Shown piece by piece: positions 9,713-18,394 of a DNA stretch of 52,041 nt. The notes under the pieces are model-generated. The model saw only the letters and a program-made list of their open reading frames with translations, ran no database searches and had not been told where the DNA came from. This stretch comes from Candidatus Nomurabacteria bacterium. Lineage in GTDB: Bacteria > Patescibacteriota > Minisyncoccia > Phycocordibacterales > UBA9973. How positions within the stretch are numbered: the stretch's first letter is position 1; the number at the start of each line of letters is the position of its first letter. The position numbers and the translations under genes are program-made. The stretch covers positions 1 to 52,041 of the forward strand of contig JAPLXQ010000013.1 of assembly GCA_026395995.1 (NCBI GenBank), read 5' to 3'.

Positions 9713-10960
9713 TTAGGCCGACTCACCAGCCACAAATCCTGTCGTCCAGCAAAGTTGTAAAGAATACCCTCCTGATGGTCTATTAATATGTAATAAATCA
9801 CCTGTTACAAACAAATTATCTAATTTTAATGACTGCATTGTCTTTGTATCAATTTCTTTTAAATCTACCCCACCATCAGCCACCACCGCTCGGTCATAAC
9901 CCATCAATTCAGTAATAGTCACTGGTAAGGCTTTTAATAAATCTACAATTATTTTTCTTTCTTCTTTTGTAATACTATGAACTTTTGTTTCAAAATTTAT
10001 TTGGGGTAACAAAGTCATAACTCCAGGAGACATACCTTCTGGAACAATTTCTTTAAAAATGTTTTTTAAAGATTTATTTTTATTTTCATCAAAAGTTTTA
10101 ATTATTTTTTTTTCTAGTGCTCCGTGGTCTGTATCAGGATAAGCATCGATAAGTGCAGTCACTATACCTTCATGTAGTAGCTCACTGACCTCACTCGAAC
10201 TATTCAATATTAAAGGACCCGAAAGACCAAAGTGGGTAAATAATATTTTACCTATCTTTTTAAATTTTTTTACTCCACCTAAATAAAAAGTAATTTTCAT
10301 AAAAGATAAAGAAATACCTGAAAGCATTTTTATCCACTCTTCTTCGACTGCCAATGGTACGATTGTTGGTGTTGGTTTTTTGACAGTATGACCTAGATCA
10401 GCTAACCACTTGAAACCGTCCCCTGTAGAGCCCGTCTCAGGGTGTGAGAGGCCTCCTGTAGCGAGAATATATGAGTTTGCGGTATATGTGCCATCTTTGG
10501 TTTCTAGGCCCGTAATATGACCTTTTTCGTGTAATATTTTTTTAACTCCACAATTCGTTTTAATTTTTACACCATTTGAAATTATAAATTTATTTAAAAC
10601 ATTAAAGACGTCTAATGCTTTTTCAGTCTTAGGAAAAGCTCTTTTTCTAGCTTGCACAACTAAAGGCAAACCTTTTGATTCAAAAAATTCAAAAGTGTCT
10701 TTTGCACTAAATTTTGCAAAAGCTGAGTTTAAAAACTTTCCTCCATCTCCATAGATTTTTAAAAATTCTCGAATATTAAATTCTGCATTAGTAACATTGC
10801 ATCGTCCACCACCAGTAATTTTTAATTTTTCTCCGAGGTTTTTATTTTTTTCTAAAATTAAAACTTTCTTACCTTTTTGCCCAGCTACACCCGCAGCCAT
10901 CATCCCTGATGCCCCACCCCCGATCACTACCACATCAAAATGTTCTGTATTAAGTTTCAT
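9713..10960 (-). CDS. HI0933/BaiN-family flavoprotein oxidoreductase
   Basis: GGGASGMMAA, GEKLKITGGGRCNVTN, ATGG.S.P.TGSTGDG, LFTHFGLSGP and GGYSLQ motifs. Confidence 0.93.
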   Translation of the reverse strand: MKLNTEHFDVVVIGGGASGMMAAGVAGQKGKKVLILEKNKNLGEKLKITGGGRCNVTNAEFNIREFLKIYGDGGKFLNSAFAKFSAKDTFEFFESKGLPLVVQARKRAFPKTEKALDVFNVLNKFIISNGVKIKTNCGVKKILHEKGHITGLETKDGTYTANSYILATGGLSHPETGSTGDGFKWLADLGHTVKKPTPTIVPLAVEEEWIKMLSGISLSFMKITFYLGGVKKFKKIGKILFTHFGLSGPLILNSSSEVSELLHEGIVTALIDAYPDTDHGALEKKIIKTFDENKNKSLKNIFKEIVPEGMSPGVMTLLPQINFETKVHSITKEERKIIVDLLKALPVTITELMGYDRAVVADGGVDLKEIDTKTMQSLKLDNLFVTGDLLHINRPSGGYSLQLCWTTGFVAGESA

Positions 10961-10969
10961 AGTATCTGA

Positions 10970-10998
10970 TACAAAAACCGCATTATGCGGTTTTTGTA
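10970..10998. terminator. Perfect hairpin over the stop codon of the small zeta-associated ORF
   Basis: TACAAAAACCGCA-tta-TGCGGTTTTTGTA. Confidence 0.6.
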
Positions 10999-11150
10999 CT
11001 TGTCTTATTTAAAATTTTTCGCTGGTCTTCGGTGGCTTTTTCAAGAACTTCCATAAATACTTTCTTTTTTTCACGAGAAGATGCCTCTCTGATAAATTTA
11101 GAGAATTCAGAATCTGTTTTATTGGTTTTTGTAAATATCTTGGACAACAT
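10983..11150 (-). CDS. Small protein downstream of zeta toxin, putative antitoxin (55 aa; absent from the ORF track)
   Basis: Manual translation MLSKIFTKTNKTDSEFSKFIREASSREKKKVFMEVLEKATEDQRKILNKTSTKTA*; starts 7 nt after the zeta stop codon. Confidence 0.75.
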   Translation of the reverse strand: MLSKIFTKTNKTDSEFSKFIREASSREKKKVFMEVLEKATEDQRKILNKTSTKTA

Positions 11151-11157
11151 ATATTTA

Positions 11158-11865
11158 TTATATCATATTATTTAACGTTTCCACAGTATAACTTTCTTTT
11201 ATATAATTGTCAATTACATCAATATTTTCTTTATAATACTTATCAGACCCATCAATATTTTTTACCAAAAGATCCACTTGAATTTTTTCTCCAAATTCTT
11301 TCTTTAAAAGATTAACACTATCCCTTGCAGCAAAATATTGAGTAACAAAATGTTCTTTTAGAATACGTCTTCCTTCTAAGAGTTCTCTTTTTTGGACGAA
11401 TTCCCAAGCTTGAATAGGATCTTGATATACATAAAATATCTGAACAAATCTATTACGTTTAAGTGAACGTTCGATATTTTCTCTTGCTATATCAATCCTT
11501 GAAAATGTTCCGTCAAACACGAAACTCTGTTTATTTTTCAAAGCAAGATCATGAATCTTTGAAACTAAAATTGAAACAGCCCCATGAAATAAATATGAAT
11601 TATCTCCCTCATAGCCTGGAATTCTTATACGTAATTCATCTGGATCAATTCGTAGAATTTGGCTACTAACTTTTGAAAACTTTTTAATAAGGTTTTTAGA
11701 AGACTCAGTCTTTCCTGCTCCAGGTGAACCAGCCATAAATACAGAAACTGGATTTTCTTCTGAAAGAAAAATTGCAATATTGGTAATTTCTTTTGCAATA
11801 GCATTTTTATTACTATTAGCGAAAGTATTAGCTATTTCTTTAATTTTTAATTCTTCAGGATTCAT
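11158..11865 (-). CDS. Zeta toxin family P-loop kinase
   Basis: FMAGSPGAGKT, IDPDELR, FVFDGT, R....GR.I motifs. Confidence 0.88.
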   Translation of the reverse strand: MNPEELKIKEIANTFANSNKNAIAKEITNIAIFLSEENPVSVFMAGSPGAGKTESSKNLIKKFSKVSSQILRIDPDELRIRIPGYEGDNSYLFHGAVSILVSKIHDLALKNKQSFVFDGTFSRIDIARENIERSLKRNRFVQIFYVYQDPIQAWEFVQKRELLEGRRILKEHFVTQYFAARDSVNLLKKEFGEKIQVDLLVKNIDGSDKYYKENIDVIDNYIKESYTVETLNNMI

Positions 11866-11874
11866 AAAAATAAC

Positions 11875-12693
11875 TTAGACAAATTGTTCTAAAACTTTTT
11901 TTATAATTTCTTCTTTTAACCTTAATGTTTCAATAGTACTTTCAAATAAGACATATTCTTCATCAGTAAGCCCATTTAAAAAAGCATTCATTGCAAATGA
12001 AGTATATCCAGTTATATATTTTGTATATTCTTTTTGATCAATAGTTTCAAATTTTGTATTTCCCAAATCATTAAAATACAAATGTGATTGTCCATTAACA
12101 ACACAAAGATTGAAAGAATCTTTGTGTAAGATAACTCCATGTTTAATAAGAGCTACAATTTCTTTAATAATATTATCCATTACCTGAACAATTTCTTCTT
12201 GCGTTGGTTGTTTAGATATTAATTTACTGCTTCCAATAGAAGAGTGTATATTTTTTGAATCACGAATTTCAAAAGGTAAATCTTCGTATCGTTTCATTAT
12301 TAAAGCTGGAAAATTTATATTATTAATAGAAACTGGAATAGTTTGAATAAAATCATTAGTATAAAATCCCATTTTTCGAAGATGATTTGTATTATCTGGC
12401 TCTTTCAAGACTGTTTGCCATTTTTCTAAAATTTTATTAGAACTATCAATTCCAGCATGAGGAATAGCAAGTGCGTAAGATGCATTATTAATTTTTACCT
12501 CATACACTTCTTTTGATCCCCCAGCTCCAATCGGTTTATTAGAAATCAACTCTACAGGTAATTGATTACACCCAAAGGAAAGATTACCTTTATTACGACT
12601 TTGAGATATTGTTTCAATAGTGCTTTCATCAAGAACTATATTATTAGCACTTTTAAATTCAGTATTTAATTTAAAGTCTTTTAATTTTTCCAT
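11875..12693 (-). CDS. Protein kinase-like fold protein (atypical)
   Basis: IGAGGSKEVY glycine-rich loop, LHKDSFN catalytic-loop-like segment, FNDLG as a DFG-like motif. Confidence 0.55.
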   Translation of the reverse strand: MEKLKDFKLNTEFKSANNIVLDESTIETISQSRNKGNLSFGCNQLPVELISNKPIGAGGSKEVYEVKINNASYALAIPHAGIDSSNKILEKWQTVLKEPDNTNHLRKMGFYTNDFIQTIPVSINNINFPALIMKRYEDLPFEIRDSKNIHSSIGSSKLISKQPTQEEIVQVMDNIIKEIVALIKHGVILHKDSFNLCVVNGQSHLYFNDLGNTKFETIDQKEYTKYITGYTSFAMNAFLNGLTDEEYVLFESTIETLRLKEEIIKKVLEQFV

Positions 12694-12705
12694 TTTATCT
12701 TCTTT

Positions 12706-13257
12706 TTATTGAGCTATATTTTTCTGTCGGAAATGTACTACTAGACAAAGAGTTATCAATGCGAAAAAGACAGTCAAGGCGAGCATTGGAATTGAAATAT
12801 AATTATGAAATTCGCTCACGAGTTGTTGATAACAAGAGACACCACTAGAATCACAAGGAGTATTTCCTTTTTCACCAAAATAATAACCTAGATTTTGATA
12901 AATAGAAAAAAGAAAACCTACAACAAGTAATGGTAAAGAATAACGTAACACCTTCTTATCTTTATCCCAAAGAGCAATAGCAAACATTAAAACTAATGGA
13001 TAAGTAAAGATCCTCTGCCACCAACAAAGATAACATGGAGCAAAATTTATCACCTCAGAATAAACGAGAGAGAAAACCATAGCAAATAGAGATACAATAA
13101 ATCCGATAATTAAAAAATGCTTATCAAGAAAATTTAAGATTGGATGTTTTTTATTTCCAAAAAATAATATTCCCAATGTCGCAACAGAAAAAATCTGAAG
13201 CAAAATAGCACCAAAACCTAAAAACATATTAAGATAATGTACTGTATCTGAATTCAT
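12706..13257 (-). CDS. dsbB: Disulfide bond formation protein DsbB/BdbC
   Basis: PCYLCWWQR, a second Cys pair (PCDSSGVSC) and ISIPMLAL. Start taken at ATG 13257. Confidence 0.92.
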   Translation of the reverse strand: MNSDTVHYLNMFLGFGAILLQIFSVATLGILFFGNKKHPILNFLDKHFLIIGFIVSLFAMVFSLVYSEVINFAPCYLCWWQRIFTYPLVLMFAIALWDKDKKVLRYSLPLLVVGFLFSIYQNLGYYFGEKGNTPCDSSGVSCYQQLVSEFHNYISIPMLALTVFFALITLCLVVHFRQKNIAQ

Positions 13258-13262
13258 ATTAT

Positions 13263-13661
13263 TTATTTTGGTAAAACACAAGAAGTTTTAGTTGCTAATT
13301 CTTCGAGGGTTGATTGATTTAATCTAGAACCATCTTTGAATTCCCATGTAGGATATCCTTCAATTTTTTTATCTTTACAGTTTTGTGTTTGACCTGAAGC
13401 ATCTGGTAAAGAACATTCTACATAATTAAGTAATTTTACAGAATCACCAAAAAGTTCTTTTTGAGCTTTACAATGAGGACACCAAAAAGCACCATAAAAA
13501 GTGGCACCTTGATCTTTCAGACATTGAGCAAAAGTATCAAATTTGCCTGGAACGACAGGCTTTGAATCAACCTTTGATTGAATCATAAAACCAGCAATAG
13601 AACCGACTATTAATAAGCCAATAATAGAAAAGAAGACCTTCATATTTGTTGTATTTTGCAT
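13263..13661 (-). CDS. Membrane-anchored thioredoxin-like protein (DsbA-role partner, of the type fused to cyanobacterial VKOR)
   Basis: FYGAFWCPHC...YVEC...C...IEGYPTW. Confidence 0.88.
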   Translation of the reverse strand: MQNTTNMKVFFSIIGLLIVGSIAGFMIQSKVDSKPVVPGKFDTFAQCLKDQGATFYGAFWCPHCKAQKELFGDSVKLLNYVECSLPDASGQTQNCKDKKIEGYPTWEFKDGSRLNQSTLEELATKTSCVLPK

Positions 13662-13734
13662 ATAGTTAAATATATCACATTCTCGCAGTCTCGCCAGTGT
13701 AAAAAAACTTTTTTGAATTTAAATAGCAAATATT

Positions 13735-14469
13735 CTACTCAACCTTAAACCCAAGTTCTTTTGCCTTTTCAGCAAGCTTTATTTTATATTCTTCACTTCC
13801 TGAAGTGTTACTGACACCACGCAACAATTTAACTTCTCCACTTTCTCCATCAATACCATAGCGATTCCAACCTCCTTGACCATAAATAGGCTCAGTACGA
13901 GCGCGACGGATAGATTTGCCTGTAGCAAGTGCATCTCTTACTTTATTTTGATTTACACCAACAGAATAATTACCAAGCTTAGCTTGTCCATTTATGTAAT
14001 CATCATAACGTTGTTGGTCGAATTCAAGAGTTTCAGGATGAATCGCTTCCATTTGAGCAATTTTATCTAGTAATTTTGGATTTAAAATATAATTTTCTGA
14101 AAACTCTTGTTTTGTTTCTTTGCTTTCAACTCCTTTCACTTCCTCAATTTCTTTTGCACTTTCTGTTTTAACTTCAATAATTTCTTCAGCATTTTGTGTA
14201 AGTTTTGTGTCAACTTCTACAGTTTTTTCTTGAACAACTTCAGATGAACCATTCATAGCTTCTACTTTTGTATTAGTTGCTTCGACTGGTGGGATAGGAG
14301 TATTTACTTCTATTACTTTAACATCAATGTTCTCAAGCTTTGCTTTTGCTAATGCAACAATATCCTCATGTCCACCCATGATTTCAGTATCTTCGATAAA
14401 AGCTTCAATATCTTTTTTTGTTTCTTGTTTAGCTAAATCTTGTTTCAATAACTCTTTTTCATTATCCAT
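13735..14469 (-). CDS. Hypothetical protein with acidic coiled-coil N-half
   Basis: 244-aa ORF; no family recognised. Confidence 0.75.
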   Translation of the reverse strand: MDNEKELLKQDLAKQETKKDIEAFIEDTEIMGGHEDIVALAKAKLENIDVKVIEVNTPIPPVEATNTKVEAMNGSSEVVQEKTVEVDTKLTQNAEEIIEVKTESAKEIEEVKGVESKETKQEFSENYILNPKLLDKIAQMEAIHPETLEFDQQRYDDYINGQAKLGNYSVGVNQNKVRDALATGKSIRRARTEPIYGQGGWNRYGIDGESGEVKLLRGVSNTSGSEEYKIKLAEKAKELGFKVE

Positions 14470-14484
14470 AAAATTATTCTTTAT

Positions 14485-14667
14485 TTATAATCCGAGTGAT
14501 GTTCGAATCGCATCGACTTTTTGAGCTTCAAGCTCTTTAATATAATTAGTAATAATATCTTTTCGCTCTTTTAAAAGACTTTGGCGTTCTTTGCCAAGTT
14601 CTTCAAGCTTTCGTATTGCTTCATTATATATTTCCTCTATCTTTTTCGCTTGTTCTTGTGGGGTCAT
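14485..14667 (-). CDS. Small coiled-coil hypothetical protein
   Basis: ATG at 14667 (MTPQEQAKK) lies downstream of a TATAAT box. Confidence 0.7.
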   Translation of the reverse strand: MTPQEQAKKIEEIYNEAIRKLEELGKERQSLLKERKDIITNYIKELEAQKVDAIRTSLGL

Positions 14668-14678
14668 AATATACAGCA

Positions 14679-14709
14679 ATTATAACCCCCCCCCCGCAAC
14701 AAATAGCAA
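14679..14709 (-). promoter_or_regulatory. Promoter with a G10 homopolymer in the spacer
   Basis: TTGCTA-19 nt (including G10 at 14686-14695)-TATAAT. Confidence 0.55.
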
Positions 14710-14720
14710 GCATTTACACA

Positions 14721-14743
14721 TGTTCAACACCGAGTGTTGAACA
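14721..14743. repeat. REP-like palindrome, copy 1
   Basis: TGTTCAACAC-CGA-GTGTTGAACA, 27 bp upstream of the RAYT gene. Confidence 0.92.
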
Positions 14744-14770
14744 ATTTTATAGTATTGATATAATTAAGTT

Positions 14771-15424
14771 ATGAGAAATATACAAATAAGTGTAGGTGAA
14801 TATTATCATATTTTAAATCGCGGAGTAAATAAACAAATAATATTTCACGACAAAAATGACTATTCACGTTTTTTATTTTTAATCCTTTATTTCCAATCCC
14901 CTGTTAATTTTCAAAACATAGGTCGGATATCAAAAGACATATTTGTTCAACACTCGGTGTTGAACATTGATAAAATTATAAAAGACAGATATGTTGAATT
15001 GATTTCATTTTGTCTTATGTCTAATCATTTTCATTTAATAGTTAAAGAAGAAGTAGAAGGTGGTATTTCTCAATACATGCAAAGAGTTTTAAATGCATAT
15101 ACAAAATATTTTAATAAAAAATACCAAAAAAGTGGTCATCTTTTTCAAGGACCATATAAGGCTATTCATATTATAGATGATACTTATTTATTACATCTAT
15201 CTGCTTATATTCATAGAAATCCTAGAGAAATAAAAGATTGGTTTAAAAAAGAAGAAGAATATCTTTGGTCAAGTTATCAAGATTTTATAAAAGAAAATCG
15301 CTGGAATAACCTATTAGTACCCAATATAATTCTTGAACAATTTAAAAACAAAGAAGATTATAAAAAATTTGTAAATACAAGTACTACAAAAATAATCGAA
15401 GATGAAATTATTTCTGAAATTTAA
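14771..15424 (+). CDS. REP-associated tyrosine transposase (RAYT, Y1 HUH family)
   Basis: YYHILNRGVNKQIIF, FCLMSNHFHL (HUH), HLFQGPYKA, YIHRNP and WSSY motifs; flanking palindromes. Confidence 0.93.
   Translation: MRNIQISVGEYYHILNRGVNKQIIFHDKNDYSRFLFLILYFQSPVNFQNIGRISKDIFVQHSVLNIDKIIKDRYVELISFCLMSNHFHLIVKEEVEGGISQYMQRVLNAYTKYFNKKYQKSGHLFQGPYKAIHIIDDTYLLHLSAYIHRNPREIKDWFKKEEEYLWSSYQDFIKENRWNNLLVPNIILEQFKNKEDYKKFVNTSTTKIIEDEIISEI
14944..14966. repeat. REP-like palindrome, copy 2, inside the RAYT CDS in reversed orientation
   Basis: TGTTCAACAC-TCG-GTGTTGAACA, translated within FVQHSVLNI. Confidence 0.92.
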
Positions 15425-15425
15425 T

Positions 15426-15448
15426 TGTTCAACACCGAGTGTTGAACA
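15426..15448. repeat. REP-like palindrome, copy 3
   Basis: Identical to copy 1; immediately after the RAYT stop codon. Confidence 0.92.
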
Positions 15449-15449
15449 A

Positions 15450-16634
15450 TTATTGATATTGTATAAAACTAGGTTGAGGTTGGAGTTTCATTACTTCTTC
15501 TGGGGTCATCATTCGTTTCTTTTCTTGTTGTAAGTCATTTTTATAAAATAATTTAAAACCGGTAAATTGAACTGGTTGCATTTGGATAAAATATTTATAC
15601 GTTCCCTTTTTCTTTTCCATTCCTCCCCAGCCATCCATATCCATCACCATCTGGACTTCAGGAAGTGGTTTAATGTTTTTATAATTCGTGACCATTTTTT
15701 CTGTAAAACGATGTACGATTAAAATCTTTGGAGTTAAGTTATTTTCTTTCACAAGCTTAGCTAAATATTCCGCAGCATAATTCACATCAGTAGCATCAAA
15801 AGTACCAATTACTTTTCCTGGAGCCTTCCCTGTCTTCATAGAAAATTCTGGATCAATAGCGAGGTGAACTTCCGGCATTTTTAAATATTTTTCAAGCAAA
15901 GGTAATTCTGTTTGCAAATTACTCAAACCAACTTGAATATCTAAAATAACAATTCCATTTACTTTTTTTGCTAAAGCAATAGCAATATCTGTCTGTTTAT
16001 CAGGCATTCGAAAACGATACTTTCCATCACTTCCAGCACTTCCTTGCGCTGTAATAGCAATATAGTCAATCGCTGGAATCACTGGAGTCGTCGGATCAGC
16101 TTGTCTCCACTTTTCCATTTCTGTATTTAATTTTGATATCATTTCAACTTCTGGATACTCTCCTAATACTCCCATTTTTTTAGAATAAAAATTACCATAA
16201 TAAGCAATAATTCTATTAAAAGGTAAAAGTGCCCCAGAATTTGGATAAACAGCTTTCACAGGCCAAATATTAGGCTTGGGAACTGGAATAGGCTTAACTA
16301 CTGCTGGCTTTATTGGGATTTTTCCAGTAGTACTTTTTGTATCTGTTTTTTTTACAACGACAGGAGCAGCCACTACCGGCTTTGGTATTGGATAATTAGC
16401 TAATTGTTTCAATTTTAAATCATAAGCTACAGTATCTAGCGGAATAATTTTAACTTCTGGTACTATTTCATTTTCGACTAAAGTATTATCTTTAATTTTT
16501 GGTTCTACATCAGCTTGACTGTATTTTGAAGGAAAAATATCTCCAATATAAAAAGTTCCTAAAATAATTAGAACAGAAAAAATGACCAATGAGAGTAGTC
16601 GTACTTTACTAAATTGTTTGAAAAACTTATTCAT
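15450..16634 (-). CDS. Membrane-anchored conserved hypothetical protein with a Pro/Lys-rich linker and an enzyme-like domain
   Basis: N-terminal TM; RIIAYYG, DIQVG, HLAIDPEF, LIVHRF, MDGWG and GFKLFY blocks. Confidence 0.8.
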   Translation of the reverse strand: MNKFFKQFSKVRLLSLVIFSVLIILGTFYIGDIFPSKYSQADVEPKIKDNTLVENEIVPEVKIIPLDTVAYDLKLKQLANYPIPKPVVAAPVVVKKTDTKSTTGKIPIKPAVVKPIPVPKPNIWPVKAVYPNSGALLPFNRIIAYYGNFYSKKMGVLGEYPEVEMISKLNTEMEKWRQADPTTPVIPAIDYIAITAQGSAGSDGKYRFRMPDKQTDIAIALAKKVNGIVILDIQVGLSNLQTELPLLEKYLKMPEVHLAIDPEFSMKTGKAPGKVIGTFDATDVNYAAEYLAKLVKENNLTPKILIVHRFTEKMVTNYKNIKPLPEVQMVMDMDGWGGMEKKKGTYKYFIQMQPVQFTGFKLFYKNDLQQEKKRMMTPEEVMKLQPQPSFIQYQ

Positions 16635-16740
16635 TTATAGCATAATTATACACTTTAAAAATAAAAAAGAAACTTTGCTTTATGCTATAATATAAAAGTC
16701 GTAATTATTAAAAATAAATAAAGCCTTTAGGTAAAAACAT

Positions 16741-17004
16741 ATGGAAAACAAGGAAAACAGTTGTGACTGTGAAACAAGTAAATGTGGAATGAATGTTCCA
16801 GGTTGTAATTATAAACATAGAGTATTAAAAAAACTTTTCATGCTTTTAGTTATGATTATAATTTTTAATCTTGGTGTTAAAATCGGAGAAGTAAAAGGAA
16901 TGTTAAAAATGAACATGTATTACAATTCACAAAAAACCACACAAACACAAAATAGCAACTACGCTTATCCAATGATGGGTGGATTTGAACAAGGAATAAA
17001 CTAA
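16741..17004 (+). CDS. Small single-TM hypothetical protein
   Basis: 87-aa ORF with an upstream TGCTATAAT and a downstream terminator. Confidence 0.75.
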   Translation: MENKENSCDCETSKCGMNVPGCNYKHRVLKKLFMLLVMIIIFNLGVKIGEVKGMLKMNMYYNSQKTTQTQNSNYAYPMMGGFEQGIN

Positions 17005-17024
17005 TACTTTTTAAAATTAGTATT

Positions 17025-17062
17025 AATTAAAAAACTCTACAGTAATGTAGAGTTTTTTAATT
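17025..17062. terminator. Bidirectional terminator
   Basis: AATTAAAAAACTCTACA-gtaa-TGTAGAGTTTTTTAATT. Confidence 0.78.
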
Positions 17063-18391
17063 TTATATATTAGTTTTATTTATTTCTTGTATACTATTTT
17101 CTTTATGTCTTTTAAAGATATTGTAAATTTTAGAAAAGAAAGCAGTAATTAATTTTAAGATGGTTAATAAGCCGATCAATGGTAGTAAGAAAAATACTAA
17201 TCCTCTAAATACAAAAGTTATTATTTTTTGATACATATTTCTCTGTATTGAAATTACTACAGTCTCACTTGGTTTACTTTCAATATTATTATCGGTTTTA
17301 GAAATAGCATAAATAGAGTAAATACCATGTTTAATACGGTCATTATTAACAAAAGTAAATAAACCGTTTTTGTCTGCGAGGACAGTGCCAGCTTGTTCAA
17401 AGTCCCCTGCGACGTATGAAGTTTTTCCAAGCAAAGTATTATAAATATTATCACTATTATCTAATTGAGATTTAATAAAAATATTTACATTTTCATTTGG
17501 ACTAGCATTACCAGAAATTACCAAGAAATCTCCATCTCGAAGAACTTGACCAGACATTTTAATAACGGGTTTTAGTAATGTCGCAATTTTAAAATTAGCA
17601 CTATTTATTAATTTATTTCCATCATTATCAATGGCTTCGACGGTTAAAGTATGTTCACCAGACAAAAGCTCTGGTGTTGTATATATACCAGTACCATCAT
17701 CATTCCAAACAACAAAACTTCCTTTATCTATTGATATATTATAAGAAATAATTGGAGTAATTGTGTTACTAACAGTAAAATTAAATTTCTTATAAGGCAA
17801 TTCTATTTCAACTAAAGTAGGAACTGGTGTAATGGTAAAAATTGGTTCAGGTAAATTCACAACAGGAGTTTTTGCTGGTGTTTTTATTGGAGTAGCTACT
17901 ATGGTAGATGGGGCTTTTTTAATAGTAATATTTACTGTACCTGTTTTATCTAAAACATTTGTACCAAAGCCATCATTTGCTAACACTGATGCTGAAGAAA
18001 AATTAAGGTTGGCTACACCAGTAGTCTTAGCCTTGAATGTTATAGTTGTAATTTTTCCTTTTGTTCCATTGTATCCAGGATTTAAAACAATACCTTCATA
18101 GTGAACAGTGTCACCTTCTTTGACTGGTTCAGTCGTCCAGACATTTACAATCGAATTAGCTTTAGAAAGGCTGACAATAGATAATTTATCTGCTGGGTAA
18201 GAAATTTTTCCAGAGATAGCATTTATAGCTTTGTCTGAAGTGGTAGAAACAAAAACACTCACAGTAAAAGTATCTCCTACATTGGGAGAATAATTACTTG
18301 GTGTTAAGGACAAAGAAGCAGCATTAGCTTGCTGACCAAAAACCAAAAACGAGGACAGAAATATAGCAATAATAATTATTTTTAATTTCAT
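17063..18391 (-). CDS. Secreted cohesin-domain protein with Ig-like domains and a C-terminal TM anchor
   Basis: Signal peptide (ANA-A), VGDTFTVSV...INAISGKISY...ITFKAK..G.A.L.F...VLANDG.GT cohesin-like pattern, C-terminal TM. Confidence 0.78.
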   Translation of the reverse strand: MKLKIIIIAIFLSSFLVFGQQANAASLSLTPSNYSPNVGDTFTVSVFVSTTSDKAINAISGKISYPADKLSIVSLSKANSIVNVWTTEPVKEGDTVHYEGIVLNPGYNGTKGKITTITFKAKTTGVANLNFSSASVLANDGFGTNVLDKTGTVNITIKKAPSTIVATPIKTPAKTPVVNLPEPIFTITPVPTLVEIELPYKKFNFTVSNTITPIISYNISIDKGSFVVWNDDGTGIYTTPELLSGEHTLTVEAIDNDGNKLINSANFKIATLLKPVIKMSGQVLRDGDFLVISGNASPNENVNIFIKSQLDNSDNIYNTLLGKTSYVAGDFEQAGTVLADKNGLFTFVNNDRIKHGIYSIYAISKTDNNIESKPSETVVISIQRNMYQKIITFVFRGLVFFLLPLIGLLTILKLITAFFSKIYNIFKRHKENSIQEINKTNI

Positions 18392-18394
18392 AAT

